A stretch of DNA of 35,772 nucleotides from a phage: the NCBI GenBank assembly GCA_019566835.1, contig GCA_019566835.1_3045.2; one strand, 5' to 3'. Positions 24,696 through 32,363 of the stretch are shown here, piece after piece. The position numbers and the translations under genes are program-made. The notes below the pieces were generated by a model. That model was not told where the DNA came from. It saw nothing but the letters and a program-made list of their open reading frames with translations, and ran no database searches. How positions within the stretch are numbered: position 1 is the first letter of the stretch; the number at the start of each line of letters is the position of its first letter.

Positions 24696-25003
24696 CGTAA
24701 ATTCCCTGCAATTGGTATACTAACAATACGCCCAGTATCTAAAATTCGCTGATATAATCTTTGTGTGTCTACATCAGGCTTAACATGTTTAACTTCTATT
24801 TTATTAAACCAAAATTTACGTGGAGTCTCAACTAATCTTGGAATTCCCATACCTAAAGCTAGTTTATATTGGTCTTTGAGAGTAGTAAAAACTCTATCAG
24901 CAATCTCTCTTTCAAAAAACACAGCAGGACGATGTTCATCAAGTGGAACTGGCGCCGTAAATCCGTCTTTGTCTCGGTAAACTATCGCATATACATAAAC
25001 CAT
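24692..25003 (-). CDS. Hypothetical protein (dda.1 position)
   Basis: 103-aa ORF with a 4-nt overlap onto dda. Confidence 0.65.
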   Translation of the reverse strand: MVYVYAIVYRDKDGFTAPVPLDEHRPAVFFEREIADRVFTTLKDQYKLALGMGIPRLVETPRKFWFNKIEVKHVKPDVDTQRLYQRILDTGRIVSIPIAGNLR

Positions 25004-25004
25004 A

Positions 25005-25760
25005 TTATCCTCGGATAAGTTTAAAAATTGAACAATTTAGCGGGTATCCTCTTTTCAGTTTAAGTTTATCAATAAAAGACAAGTTTTGATACCGCTCTAC
25101 ACCTTGAATAATTTTATCACACATATCATATTGCATTTCTGCTTCTGACAACTTTTTCACAATTTTCCAATCCGAGCCTTTAAGAAGAACGTTCAGTTTA
25201 ACAACTTCAGCGCCTTCTGCTATGCGAGAACCATCAATACGAGCTTTAAGTGCTATAATCCTTAGCTTAATGTCAGAGGTCTGTTTTGATTTAGAAAGCT
25301 GAGAAATGTGTTCAATTCGGTTTTCACGTTTTTTCTGTATAGCTTTAATTTGATTATAAGTCTTTTTGATTTTAGCCCATTTCTTTTCATCTAAATTTAG
25401 TTTATGAACTTTTTTCGCAGATGAACGACCAATTCGCAAAGCAAATAAATCCCGTTTTTCAATCAACTCTTCTAAAGTATAATCAGAACGAAATGTATTA
25501 TACTTTTTCTTTACTGCAATAACATTCCCTTTAATGTATCCAATGTTATTATCAAAACGTTCTAATGATAATTTCTCTCCTTCAATACGATTATCAAAAG
25601 GTTCTCCCGAGTAAGCGCAAACTTTTTGGTCTAAAATGTTCTTAATGTAATTGAAGTCTAAGTTAAAATCTTTAGAACGTCTTTTTGCAGATGCCTGAGT
25701 GTGCTCTAAACGACGTTTAATTTTACGAATTTGATTATTAGACATATTATGCAGTTTCAT
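25005..25760 (-). CDS. srd: Srd-like protein (similarity to rpoD)
   Basis: 251-aa basic ORF between dda.1 and modA, where T4 carries srd; assignment is by position and size. Confidence 0.55.
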   Translation of the reverse strand: MKLHNMSNNQIRKIKRRLEHTQASAKRRSKDFNLDFNYIKNILDQKVCAYSGEPFDNRIEGEKLSLERFDNNIGYIKGNVIAVKKKYNTFRSDYTLEELIEKRDLFALRIGRSSAKKVHKLNLDEKKWAKIKKTYNQIKAIQKKRENRIEHISQLSKSKQTSDIKLRIIALKARIDGSRIAEGAEVVKLNVLLKGSDWKIVKKLSEAEMQYDMCDKIIQGVERYQNLSFIDKLKLKRGYPLNCSIFKLIRG

Positions 25761-25795
25761 ATTTTTCTCACATCTTACGGACGATTGACTACTAT

Positions 25796-25825
25796 ACTAT
25801 AACATTTTTACCTTGGCTTGTAAAC
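25796..25825 (-). promoter_or_regulatory. T4-type early promoter upstream of srd
   Basis: Minus strand reads GTTTAC, 18 nt, TATAGT. Confidence 0.55.
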
Positions 25826-25837
25826 AATTTTATGAAA

Positions 25838-25864
25838 AATGCTTCAAAAATTTCATGGTATAAT
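25838..25864 (+). promoter_or_regulatory. Consensus MotA-dependent middle promoter on the plus strand, antisense to modA
   Basis: Plus strand reads AATGCTTCA (MotA box), 12 nt, TGG-TATAAT (extended -10), pointing into the 3' end of modA. Confidence 0.4.
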
Positions 25865-25881
25865 GAATCTAAGTCCTTCCA

Positions 25882-26484
25882 TTATAGATTAAATCCTTCA
25901 AAATCAAGAGTATAGATAGTGTATGTTGAATACTTTTTATACTCATATCTATCTGCAATTCTAAATACACTTCCAGCTGGTATCATTACTTCCTGTTCAT
26001 CTGAAACTAATTCCATATTACGATAGCGATGGCTATCTGGAAATTTAAAACTCGGACTATATTCTTTACAACGTAGAGCTTTTATAGCATACTCCTGGAA
26101 ATTGAATACCATAGGAGCTTTGAATTCAAAAATAACTTGTGTGTTATACTCTAAACCGGAAGCAAAATGTAGAGCTATATTTTTATCATATGAAGCTGAT
26201 ACGACTTTATCAAATGTAATAATATCAATTCCTTGATTTAACACCTGCTTAGTCTCAGCTGGAACACCTCTCCAAAGAGGTTTATCGTTTGGAACCAAAC
26301 GAGATTTGATTATTTCATTTAACCAAGTATGGTCATCTGGTTTGTTGGTAATACAATGAATTAAAAGTTCAATTTCAGATAAATTAAACCCTTCAGAAAG
26401 TAATTCTTCACGAATAGAAGCACGCACCGATGCATCCATTGATTTTATTTTAAAATCTTTTAGTTGCATTACTGAGTATTTCAT
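25882..26484 (-). CDS. modA: ADP-ribosyltransferase ModA
   Basis: 200-aa ORF with an ADP-ribosyltransferase layout (LWRG, SAS, EQEVMIP catalytic block), in tandem with a 207-aa paralog. The modA versus modB label follows my recalled T4 lengths. Confidence 0.65.
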   Translation of the reverse strand: MKYSVMQLKDFKIKSMDASVRASIREELLSEGFNLSEIELLIHCITNKPDDHTWLNEIIKSRLVPNDKPLWRGVPAETKQVLNQGIDIITFDKVVSASYDKNIALHFASGLEYNTQVIFEFKAPMVFNFQEYAIKALRCKEYSPSFKFPDSHRYRNMELVSDEQEVMIPAGSVFRIADRYEYKKYSTYTIYTLDFEGFNL

Positions 26485-27104
26485 TCAACTACCTCAATAT
26501 CATAAACTTTAAATGTTCCAAATGAATCGTGTAATTTTTCTTTTGAAATAGAAGTTATTCTATACTTTCCAATTGGAATCATCCATTCTTGTTCATGCAC
26601 AATCATCATTAAGTTATCAGTACGCTCTGAATCTAGCCCATCAGTATCTTCATACGTGTACTTAAACTCAGTATTAGGAGAAGAAAGTATAATATCGCTG
26701 ATATGGTCAGAGTAATTAAAAGCTTTATCAGTTTTTAAACGAAGTATTGTTTCAGTGAAATATTCAGCATAAGAAAAAGAACACGCTGTATGCAAACTAG
26801 TAGTAAATGAATCTACCCTGTTCGTTGAAAACACTTCTCCAACTTGTAAATCTTTAATAAGTTCTTTTGTCGATTTTGATATACCACGATATAACTGATA
26901 AGGCGATTTAGTTAAATGCTTTTTAATGATTTTATTCAACTGTCTGTGAAGAGCTTCATTCTTTTTGGCTTCCATACATTGCCAAAGAACAGACTGCTCA
27001 AAGTCAGTAAATTTTTCACAGACTTTTTTATACATATCATATTGAAAATCAACGCTTTCAGCTTTTATAGATAACTGTTCAACATCTGCAGGATTAATAA
27101 TCAT
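26481..27104 (-). CDS. modB: ADP-ribosyltransferase ModB
   Basis: 207-aa ORF with LYRG, STN and EQEWMIP motifs; paralog of the adjacent gene. Confidence 0.65.
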   Translation of the reverse strand: MIINPADVEQLSIKAESVDFQYDMYKKVCEKFTDFEQSVLWQCMEAKKNEALHRQLNKIIKKHLTKSPYQLYRGISKSTKELIKDLQVGEVFSTNRVDSFTTSLHTACSFSYAEYFTETILRLKTDKAFNYSDHISDIILSSPNTEFKYTYEDTDGLDSERTDNLMMIVHEQEWMIPIGKYRITSISKEKLHDSFGTFKVYDIEVVE

Positions 27105-27130
27105 GATAGCCTCCGTATACTTCAGAAGCT

Positions 27131-27160
27131 ATCATATCATCGTTAGAAAGGAAAGTAAAC
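27131..27160 (-). promoter_or_regulatory. T4-type early promoter upstream of modB
   Basis: Minus strand reads GTTTAC, 18 nt, TATGAT, then SD GGAGG. Confidence 0.55.
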
Positions 27161-27171
27161 AACTTTTTGAA

Positions 27172-27354
27172 TTATTTTGCCCAGGGAGCCCAAGGCGGAG
27201 GGTCAAGATGGTATGAAGCTAGTTCTTCTAGAAGAGCATCTGGGGCTTCAATTCCATAATTCTGTAATACTATACGGTACTCTTTCTTATAATCACTAGA
27301 ATCATTCTGGTTATTCGTAGAATGATTATCTTCTAACATCTCAAATAAATCCAT
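27172..27354 (-). CDS. Hypothetical protein (60 aa)
   Basis: Acidic ORF ending PPPWAPWAK. Confidence 0.5.
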   Translation of the reverse strand: MDLFEMLEDNHSTNNQNDSSDYKKEYRIVLQNYGIEAPDALLEELASYHLDPPPWAPWAK

Positions 27355-27362
27355 ATTAATTC

Positions 27363-27833
27363 CTAGCGATAAAAACCAAAGTGACGATTAGCTTCAATGA
27401 TCTTTCTTTCTTCTTCGGACATTCTCCAGCGTAGTCCAACATCAAAATGAGCCCAGACCATCCTAACAAATGCATTTATATCTTTAATATCTTCAATAAT
27501 GAATGTTTTACTTTTAGAAGGTTGACTCGCTAATTTAACTTTATCGTCTTCAAACATGTCAAAAAGACCATATTCATGAGCTCTTTTATAGCCTTTAATA
27601 GTTAAAGCTTCAGAAGAAGAAAATGGTGAATCTGTATTCTGCAAAATATCTTCAGTATGCTTTATAATTAGAATAACATTTTCTGGATATTTTCTTTCTT
27701 TTATATCTTTAATTAAAATATCCGGATTTTCTGCTAAAGGAATAATTAACGAGCATTTTTTATCAAGTGTATTTACTGATTTACCTTCTTTAGACATAAA
27801 TTCTATTGAATATAATTTTGCTACTTCAATCAT
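27363..27833 (-). CDS. Hypothetical protein (156 aa)
   Basis: ORF tiled with neighbouring genes. Confidence 0.65.
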   Translation of the reverse strand: MIEVAKLYSIEFMSKEGKSVNTLDKKCSLIIPLAENPDILIKDIKERKYPENVILIIKHTEDILQNTDSPFSSSEALTIKGYKRAHEYGLFDMFEDDKVKLASQPSKSKTFIIEDIKDINAFVRMVWAHFDVGLRWRMSEEERKIIEANRHFGFYR

Positions 27834-27834
27834 G

Positions 27835-27990
27835 TTATTTCCTTTTGCCTACTAATGGACCGTCAGGAATTTTGTTTTCCTGAATGTATTTCTCATTTTC
27901 TTCCATCATTTTACTACCGATTTTAAGAAGCAAATCCATTGCTTCATTTGCTTTAGCCTTTGCCTCTTCTAACGTCATATCTTTGGTCAT
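27835..27990 (-). CDS. Small hypothetical protein (51 aa)
   Basis: [51 protein letters not shown]; ATGA overlap with the upstream stop. Confidence 0.4.
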   Translation of the reverse strand: MTKDMTLEEAKAKANEAMDLLLKIGSKMMEENEKYIQENKIPDGPLVGKRK

Positions 27991-28190
27991 GATTTATCAC
28001 CATAGATGTCTCTCATCAATTTAAGCGCTGAGCGTTCTAATTTCTTTTCTTTCTCAGCACTAATCATTGATTTCATCCATTCTTCTGACTCGTTCTGCAT
28101 TTCTTTATTTGCCTGTTCAACCCAACCATCATCAATATACATTGAGTTTGGTCTATTGAACCATTCAAGCATTTTCTTCAGAACTTTCAT
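27987..28190 (-). CDS. Hypothetical protein (67 aa)
   Basis: ORF with a weak SD; overlaps the upstream gene by 26 nt. Confidence 0.45.
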   Translation of the reverse strand: MKVLKKMLEWFNRPNSMYIDDGWVEQANKEMQNESEEWMKSMISAEKEKKLERSALKLMRDIYGDKS

Positions 28191-28650
28191 TTGTTTTACC
28201 TAAAACGATAGTATGGACAGCGTCAAATTCATGAATTTTTAGCAAATTAGGATTTAAATTATTCCATAAAGAGGTAATAAAATATGATAGCGCACTTTCG
28301 TCCGTAATTATAAATTTATTTCCTTTATCTATTTTCCAATCATATATTGAATCGTATGAATAGAAGGATAACGGTTTATTATTATAGTATGCTTCAGCAA
28401 CATCAATATAGTTAGATTTAGTAAATGCTTGAATTGCCATAAATGGAGAATTTTGTACAGTTTCAATAATTCCGATCTTTTTAAGTTTTATTTCAACATC
28501 TTCTGGAACTGGCATTGAAATAAAATCTTCTACTAGATACATGTCATTGTCATATCTTTTATCAATCATTACTGCTACTGTAATTGGAACATCCTTGACA
28601 AACGCCATACTAATACTATTGATAGACATTTCAAACAAAATCGCTTCCAT
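28165..28650 (-). CDS. Hypothetical protein (161 aa)
   Basis: Start taken at [10 protein letters not shown] with SD GAGGAAAATT. Confidence 0.65.
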   Translation of the reverse strand: MEAILFEMSINSISMAFVKDVPITVAVMIDKRYDNDMYLVEDFISMPVPEDVEIKLKKIGIIETVQNSPFMAIQAFTKSNYIDVAEAYYNNKPLSFYSYDSIYDWKIDKGNKFIITDESALSYFITSLWNNLNPNLLKIHEFDAVHTIVLGKTNESSEENA

Positions 28651-28658
28651 AATTTTCC

Positions 28659-29000
28659 TCAATCACAAGATGTAGATGAACAACTAGAATCACAAGAACT
28701 TCCACATGAATCGCCCGTCCATACATGAACAGGAACATTGGTGTCATATGAATCAGAACTAGACTGTGTATTCTGTGCATTAGATGATGTAGTAGGTACT
28801 GACCAGCGCCAAGGATTTTTATAATATTCTTGGGCTTCTTCATAAGTCATAGTAACTGCTTCTACTGTTCCATCTCCCATATAAACATACTCAACTACAG
28901 TTAAAGGAAGGTAGTCATTTGAAATAGGAACTACACCTTCTCCCGGAGTTGTAGAGAAAAAATCTGTAAAGAAATTTTTAAACCAATTAAATATAAACAT
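28659..29000 (-). CDS. Hypothetical protein with cysteine/serine-rich C-terminal tail (113 aa)
   Basis: N-terminal aromatic hydrophobic segment [15 protein letters not shown]; C-terminus [18 protein letters not shown]. Confidence 0.6.
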   Translation of the reverse strand: MFIFNWFKNFFTDFFSTTPGEGVVPISNDYLPLTVVEYVYMGDGTVEAVTMTYEEAQEYYKNPWRWSVPTTSSNAQNTQSSSDSYDTNVPVHVWTGDSCGSSCDSSCSSTSCD

Positions 29001-29206
29001 TACAAAAAGCCTCTTTTGAATTCGACTTGCTTATCGCCATAATCATATCGAATCTCTGCATTAAATTCGACAGAACCATCTGCGTACATCATAAATGAAT
29101 GCACAACAACTTCTGTGGACCATGGCTGCAGTTCATATTTCTTCATTACATGCCGTGAAATGATAATATCTAAATCTTCATTTGGTTTAATCCAACGATT
29201 TAACAT
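29000..29206 (-). CDS. Hypothetical protein (68 aa)
   Basis: SD GAGGAG, directly downstream of an early promoter. Confidence 0.6.
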   Translation of the reverse strand: MLNRWIKPNEDLDIIISRHVMKKYELQPWSTEVVVHSFMMYADGSVEFNAEIRYDYGDKQVEFKRGFL

Positions 29207-29232
29207 AGTGCTCTCCTCTATAAGATAGTTCT

Positions 29233-29262
29233 ATTATACCACACTCATTTTGATATGTAAAC
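29233..29262 (-). promoter_or_regulatory. T4-type early promoter
   Basis: Minus strand reads GTTTAC, 18 nt, GTGG-TATAAT. Confidence 0.6.
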
Positions 29263-29264
29263 TG

Positions 29265-29298
29265 CAAAAACGAAAAAAGGAACCCCGAAGGATTCCTT
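29265..29298 (-). terminator. Rho-independent terminator downstream of soc
   Basis: Minus strand reads AAGGAAUCC-UUCG-GGGUUCCUU (9-bp stem, UUCG loop) followed by UUUUUUCGUUUUU. Confidence 0.7.
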
Positions 29299-29303
29299 AA
29301 ATT

Positions 29304-29561
29304 TTAACCACCAATACCTGGAGTTGGCGTAACAGTCCAAAGACCTTCATTAGCAGTGATCCATTCAGTACGCTGATTTTCTTCATATACTGTAGAATAT
29401 GCTGCTTTTTCAGAAGGGAATGTCTGATAATGAGCACCAGAAATTTTGTGAACATCAGAATAAAGAGGGAAAGCTACAGAAATTTCTTTACCCTGAATTG
29501 TACCACCATCAACTGCTTGGTCAAATGTTTTAATATTAACATAACCGCGAGTACTAGCCAT
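29304..29561 (-). CDS. soc: Small outer capsid protein Soc
   Basis: 85-aa ORF, MASTRGYVNIKTF...GKEISVAFPLYSDVHKISGAHYQTFPSEKAAYSTVYEENQRTEWI...; matches T4 Soc as I recall it, with a slightly longer C-terminus. Confidence 0.92.
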   Translation of the reverse strand: MASTRGYVNIKTFDQAVDGGTIQGKEISVAFPLYSDVHKISGAHYQTFPSEKAAYSTVYEENQRTEWITANEGLWTVTPTPGIGG

Positions 29562-29577
29562 GTAATTCTCCTTTTAT

Positions 29578-29787
29578 TTAAATTACATGATTATTTATAA
29601 TAAATTCTCGCGGAACGTTAAAATATCCGATTTTAGTTAATATAACAACATCACCGTTAATAATTACCGGAGAATAATCTTCTGGAGTGTTAAATTTCCA
29701 ATGGGATCTAATATTATATCCATCAGAACCAAATGCTCGAGTAGCCGGTCTCCCGGCTTTTTGCCACGCGTAGAAATCAAATTTCAT
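29578..29787 (-). CDS. Hypothetical protein (69 aa; soc.1-type ORF)
   Basis: Small ORF between soc and gene 56. Confidence 0.55.
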   Translation of the reverse strand: MKFDFYAWQKAGRPATRAFGSDGYNIRSHWKFNTPEDYSPVIINGDVVILTKIGYFNVPREFIINNHVI

Positions 29788-29978
29788 TTTGAATGCTCTA
29801 TAATTAATTTTAAAGCTTCTTCACTGACAAAAATTTCGTCAGGACCTTCTATAACTTCAACCATACGAAGTTGATTAGTTAAGAGCTCACATACGAGCTC
29901 CTTGTTATAATCTTTAAATAGCTGGTCAATACGTTTCTTATGGGCTTTCTTAAGCTGACGCTTATTTAAACGAGCCAT
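29784..29978 (-). CDS. Hypothetical protein (64 aa; soc.2-type ORF)
   Basis: Small basic ORF overlapping both neighbours by 1-4 nt. Confidence 0.55.
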   Translation of the reverse strand: MARLNKRQLKKAHKKRIDQLFKDYNKELVCELLTNQLRMVEVIEGPDEIFVSEEALKLIIEHSK

Positions 29979-30496
29979 TAATAACCTCGGTCTTGACGAG
30001 CGAAGTTTTCAGCATTTTTCAGGTAATAAAGTTTAAAGATTTCTTCAGCCGACATTCCAAGAGCAATAAATTTATTCATGAAAAAGTGAAATTGGTCAAT
30101 CAGTTCAAATTTAATTTCAAGCTGATCTTCAGGAGATAAGTCTTGAATTTTCTTGGATTGCATTTCAGAATAACGTTTCTTCCAAGGTTTCCATACAGCA
30201 GAAGCTTCTTTTTCACCATTACTCATACCACCAAGAGAAGTATATAGCTCGCGAGTTTCGTCTGCGATATAATCGTCTTGGTTTCGCAGCCAAGCAAGAA
30301 CTTCTCCTGCAGTTTCAAGTGAATCAGGATGACGATTTGTTTCTGGTTTATCATTAGCCAAACGAATCTGTAAATGCCGCTGCATGTCAAGCATAACCTG
30401 CAATGGGTCAATACTGTGCATAATATACTCAGCATATGCACGATTTGCTTTATCAACACCTTCGATCAAATGAGCACATTCATTAAAGTGAGCCAT
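29978..30496 (-). CDS. 56: dCTP pyrophosphatase gp56 (MazG-like)
   Basis: Start taken at MAHFNECAHL with SD AAAGGAAAAATA, giving 172 aa; the ORF-track N-terminal extension is hydrophobic and lacks an SD. Confidence 0.8.
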   Translation of the reverse strand: MAHFNECAHLIEGVDKANRAYAEYIMHSIDPLQVMLDMQRHLQIRLANDKPETNRHPDSLETAGEVLAWLRNQDDYIADETRELYTSLGGMSNGEKEASAVWKPWKKRYSEMQSKKIQDLSPEDQLEIKFELIDQFHFFMNKFIALGMSAEEIFKLYYLKNAENFARQDRGY

Positions 30497-30530
30497 TATT
30501 TTTCCTTTCAATTCATGGGTTAGTAGATTA

Positions 30531-30556
30531 ATTATACAATAAATATATAAAGCAAT
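30531..30556 (-). promoter_or_regulatory. MotA-dependent middle promoter for gene 56
   Basis: Minus strand reads ATTGCTTTA (perfect MotA box), 11 nt, TATAAT, about 30 nt upstream of the gene 56 start. Confidence 0.55.
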
Positions 30557-30567
30557 AAGGAGGACAT

Positions 30568-30768
30568 ATGGTACAAAAATTAATGGCACTTGTTAATGCC
30601 ATAAAAGGTAATAAAAAACGTATAGCTTTTACTATTTCTGCTATGGTAGGAATTTTACTCTGGAACTTTATTTTATCACCAATTGCAATTGCGCATGGTG
30701 TTAATATTCCAGTAGTTACTCTTGATACATTTGTAGATTTAGCATTTGCTTTAGTTGGGTTGATTTAA
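30568..30768 (+). CDS. Plus-strand small membrane protein (66 aa) in the 56-61 gap
   Basis: Consensus SD AAGGAGG 4 nt before the ATG; hydrophobic product; fills the gap exactly, with its stop overlapping the gene 61 stop. Confidence 0.5.
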   Translation: MVQKLMALVNAIKGNKKRIAFTISAMVGILLWNFILSPIAIAHGVNIPVVTLDTFVDLAFALVGLI

Positions 30769-31793
30769 ATCTTAGCATATTTAGATAGCCGCATTTTAGC
30801 CATCAACCCCTGGGCAATATTATTTTTCATATATTCCATAATTTGTTCAGGGGTTGCACCTTCCTTTCTAATCATATCATTAACATCTTTAGATTTCCAG
30901 GGAGATTTATCCCAAAACATAATCCTTTCTCCTGCATCAACTAATTTAGTCATTCGTTTGATAGTGTCAGGGTGACGAGGTTCATTATCTAAAACCCACA
31001 CTCGTCTATCTTTAAATGGAACAACTTCTAGGTCTAATTGACCACCCGTAATAGCTATACCATTTTCAATAAAAAGTGAATCTATAGGTCCTTCTAGAAC
31101 ATATACATCACCATCTTTAACTCGTTCAACACCGTAAATTTTTGTTGCCTCAGGATAAGCTTTAATGGTGATATATTTTTGAGGAGCATCTTTCTTTAAT
31201 GCACGTCCTTGAAAAGACTCAGCTTTTCCATTAGCATTATAAATTGGAATAACAAGACGAGGCTCAGAAATTTCCTTTTTGTATGTTCCCGGTGCTATAC
31301 TATTAACTAATTTAGGCCATTCGGTTGTAAACCAAAGATATTTCCATTTATCCTTTGGAATACAACGAGCTTTTACATATTTTATAATTGGATGGTCTTC
31401 CGCCAGTTTATCTAATCTAACACATGACGGAAGAGATTTAATTATTTTCTTCTCAGGTTGCTTAGGAAGTTCTTTAGGTTTTTCTACTGGACGACTTTTA
31501 CCTTTTTCTTTTCTTATTTCAAAGATATACTCACGATATAAATCAGGTTCAAACTCCTTTAAATATATTCCGATTGGTGCATGATAATTACAGTTATAAC
31601 AATGAATATTTCCTTCATTATTATCACCATAATACCATCCACGAGCTTTATTCTGGTCGGTTTTTGAATCTCCACAAACTGGACATCTAAACCGCAATTT
31701 AAAAGTTGAACTATTATTTACTTGTGTGAATTTAGGTAAATGAGCTAATGCACGGTATGCAAACTCATTATCAATCCAAGGTATTGATGACAT
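30765..31793 (-). CDS. 61: DNA primase gp61
   Basis: 342-aa ORF with N-terminal zinc ribbon (CPVCGDSK...CYNCNYHAP) and a Toprim-like core; T4 gene 61 length. Confidence 0.93.
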   Translation of the reverse strand: MSSIPWIDNEFAYRALAHLPKFTQVNNSSTFKLRFRCPVCGDSKTDQNKARGWYYGDNNEGNIHCYNCNYHAPIGIYLKEFEPDLYREYIFEIRKEKGKSRPVEKPKELPKQPEKKIIKSLPSCVRLDKLAEDHPIIKYVKARCIPKDKWKYLWFTTEWPKLVNSIAPGTYKKEISEPRLVIPIYNANGKAESFQGRALKKDAPQKYITIKAYPEATKIYGVERVKDGDVYVLEGPIDSLFIENGIAITGGQLDLEVVPFKDRRVWVLDNEPRHPDTIKRMTKLVDAGERIMFWDKSPWKSKDVNDMIRKEGATPEQIMEYMKNNIAQGLMAKMRLSKYAKI

Positions 31794-31795
31794 TT

Positions 31796-31960
31796 TTACT
31801 CTTCTTTTTCTTTAGATTCCTCTTTTTTCTTTTTAGGAATCTGCTCAGGACCTTTATTTACTACAGCGCCTGACGTTGTTCCAGTAGAGATATTTTCAGG
31901 ATTACCACCTGAATCTCCAGCGACCATATCTTCTTTAATAAATTCTTTATATGTTTTCAT
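31796..31960 (-). CDS. Small hypothetical protein (54 aa; 61.1 position)
   Basis: MKTYKEFIKEDMVAGDSGGNPENISTGTTSGAVVNKGPEQIPKKKKEESKEKEE; stop 2 nt before the gene 61 ATG. Confidence 0.45.
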   Translation of the reverse strand: MKTYKEFIKEDMVAGDSGGNPENISTGTTSGAVVNKGPEQIPKKKKEESKEKEE

Positions 31961-32005
31961 ATTAACCTCTATTCATAAAAGCATTAAAAATTTGGTCATC
32001 AATAG
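31958..32005. repeat. Direct repeat copy 1 (gene-junction cassette, about 48 bp)
   Basis: CATATTAACCTCTATTCATAAAAGCATTAAAAATTTGGTCATCAATAGA is about 92 percent identical to the copy at 32316-32363. Confidence 0.8.
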
Positions 32006-32318
32006 ATGGCGCAGTAATATTTTCTGCATCATTTAGTAAATCATTAATTTCATCAGATAGCATAACACATGTACCTTTATTTCCTGTAATTGTTACTGCA
32101 CAATTACGAACGTTTTCTTTATCAAATTTTAGGTTAATATTTTCGTAGTGAAAATCCTTTAATGCCGAATATATCTTTAAAATGAAATTGTCTTTTACTA
32201 CAATAAACCCAACCTCACTATTAAAACGCGGTTCATGGAAACTGTAATAAACCTTTTCATCTATAAAATCGTATGAAATTTTTTCCATTTTTAAATATGA
32301 AAATTCAGAACTATACAT
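31962..32318 (-). CDS. Hypothetical protein (118 aa; 61.x position)
   Basis: C-terminal 14 aa SIDDQIFNAFMNRG are shared with the upstream 210-aa gene. Confidence 0.6.
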   Translation of the reverse strand: MYSSEFSYLKMEKISYDFIDEKVYYSFHEPRFNSEVGFIVVKDNFILKIYSALKDFHYENINLKFDKENVRNCAVTITGNKGTCVMLSDEINDLLNDAENITAPSIDDQIFNAFMNRG

Positions 32319-32363
32319 ATTAACCTTTATTCATAAAAGCATTAAAAATTTGATCGTCAATAG
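32316..32363. repeat. Direct repeat copy 2 (gene-junction cassette)
   Basis: CATATTAACCTTTATTCATAAAAGCATTAAAAATTTGATCGTCAATAGA. Confidence 0.8.

Noticed and set aside
7384-24980. Plus-strand ORFs listed in the ORF track within the minus-strand block (e.g. 7384-7656, 7865-8065, 13100-13315, 15760-16012, 17982-18392, 20503-20947, 22452-22706, 24084-24308, 24765-24980)
   Set aside because: Each is fully embedded antisense in a well-supported minus-strand gene, has no SD and shows biased low-complexity composition typical of shadow frames in AT-rich DNA.
25005-25760. Possible HNH or homing endonuclease in the 251-aa ORF
   Set aside because: There is no conserved His/Asn-metal motif or GIY-YIG block; the basic composition and position fit srd better.
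28631-28843. 70-aa His/Leu-rich minus-strand ORF
   Set aside because: It overlaps two better-supported genes (28165-28650 and 28659-29000) in a different frame and has no SD.
30223-30459. 78-aa minus-strand ORF inside gene 56
   Set aside because: It is an alternative frame within the MazG-like gene 56.
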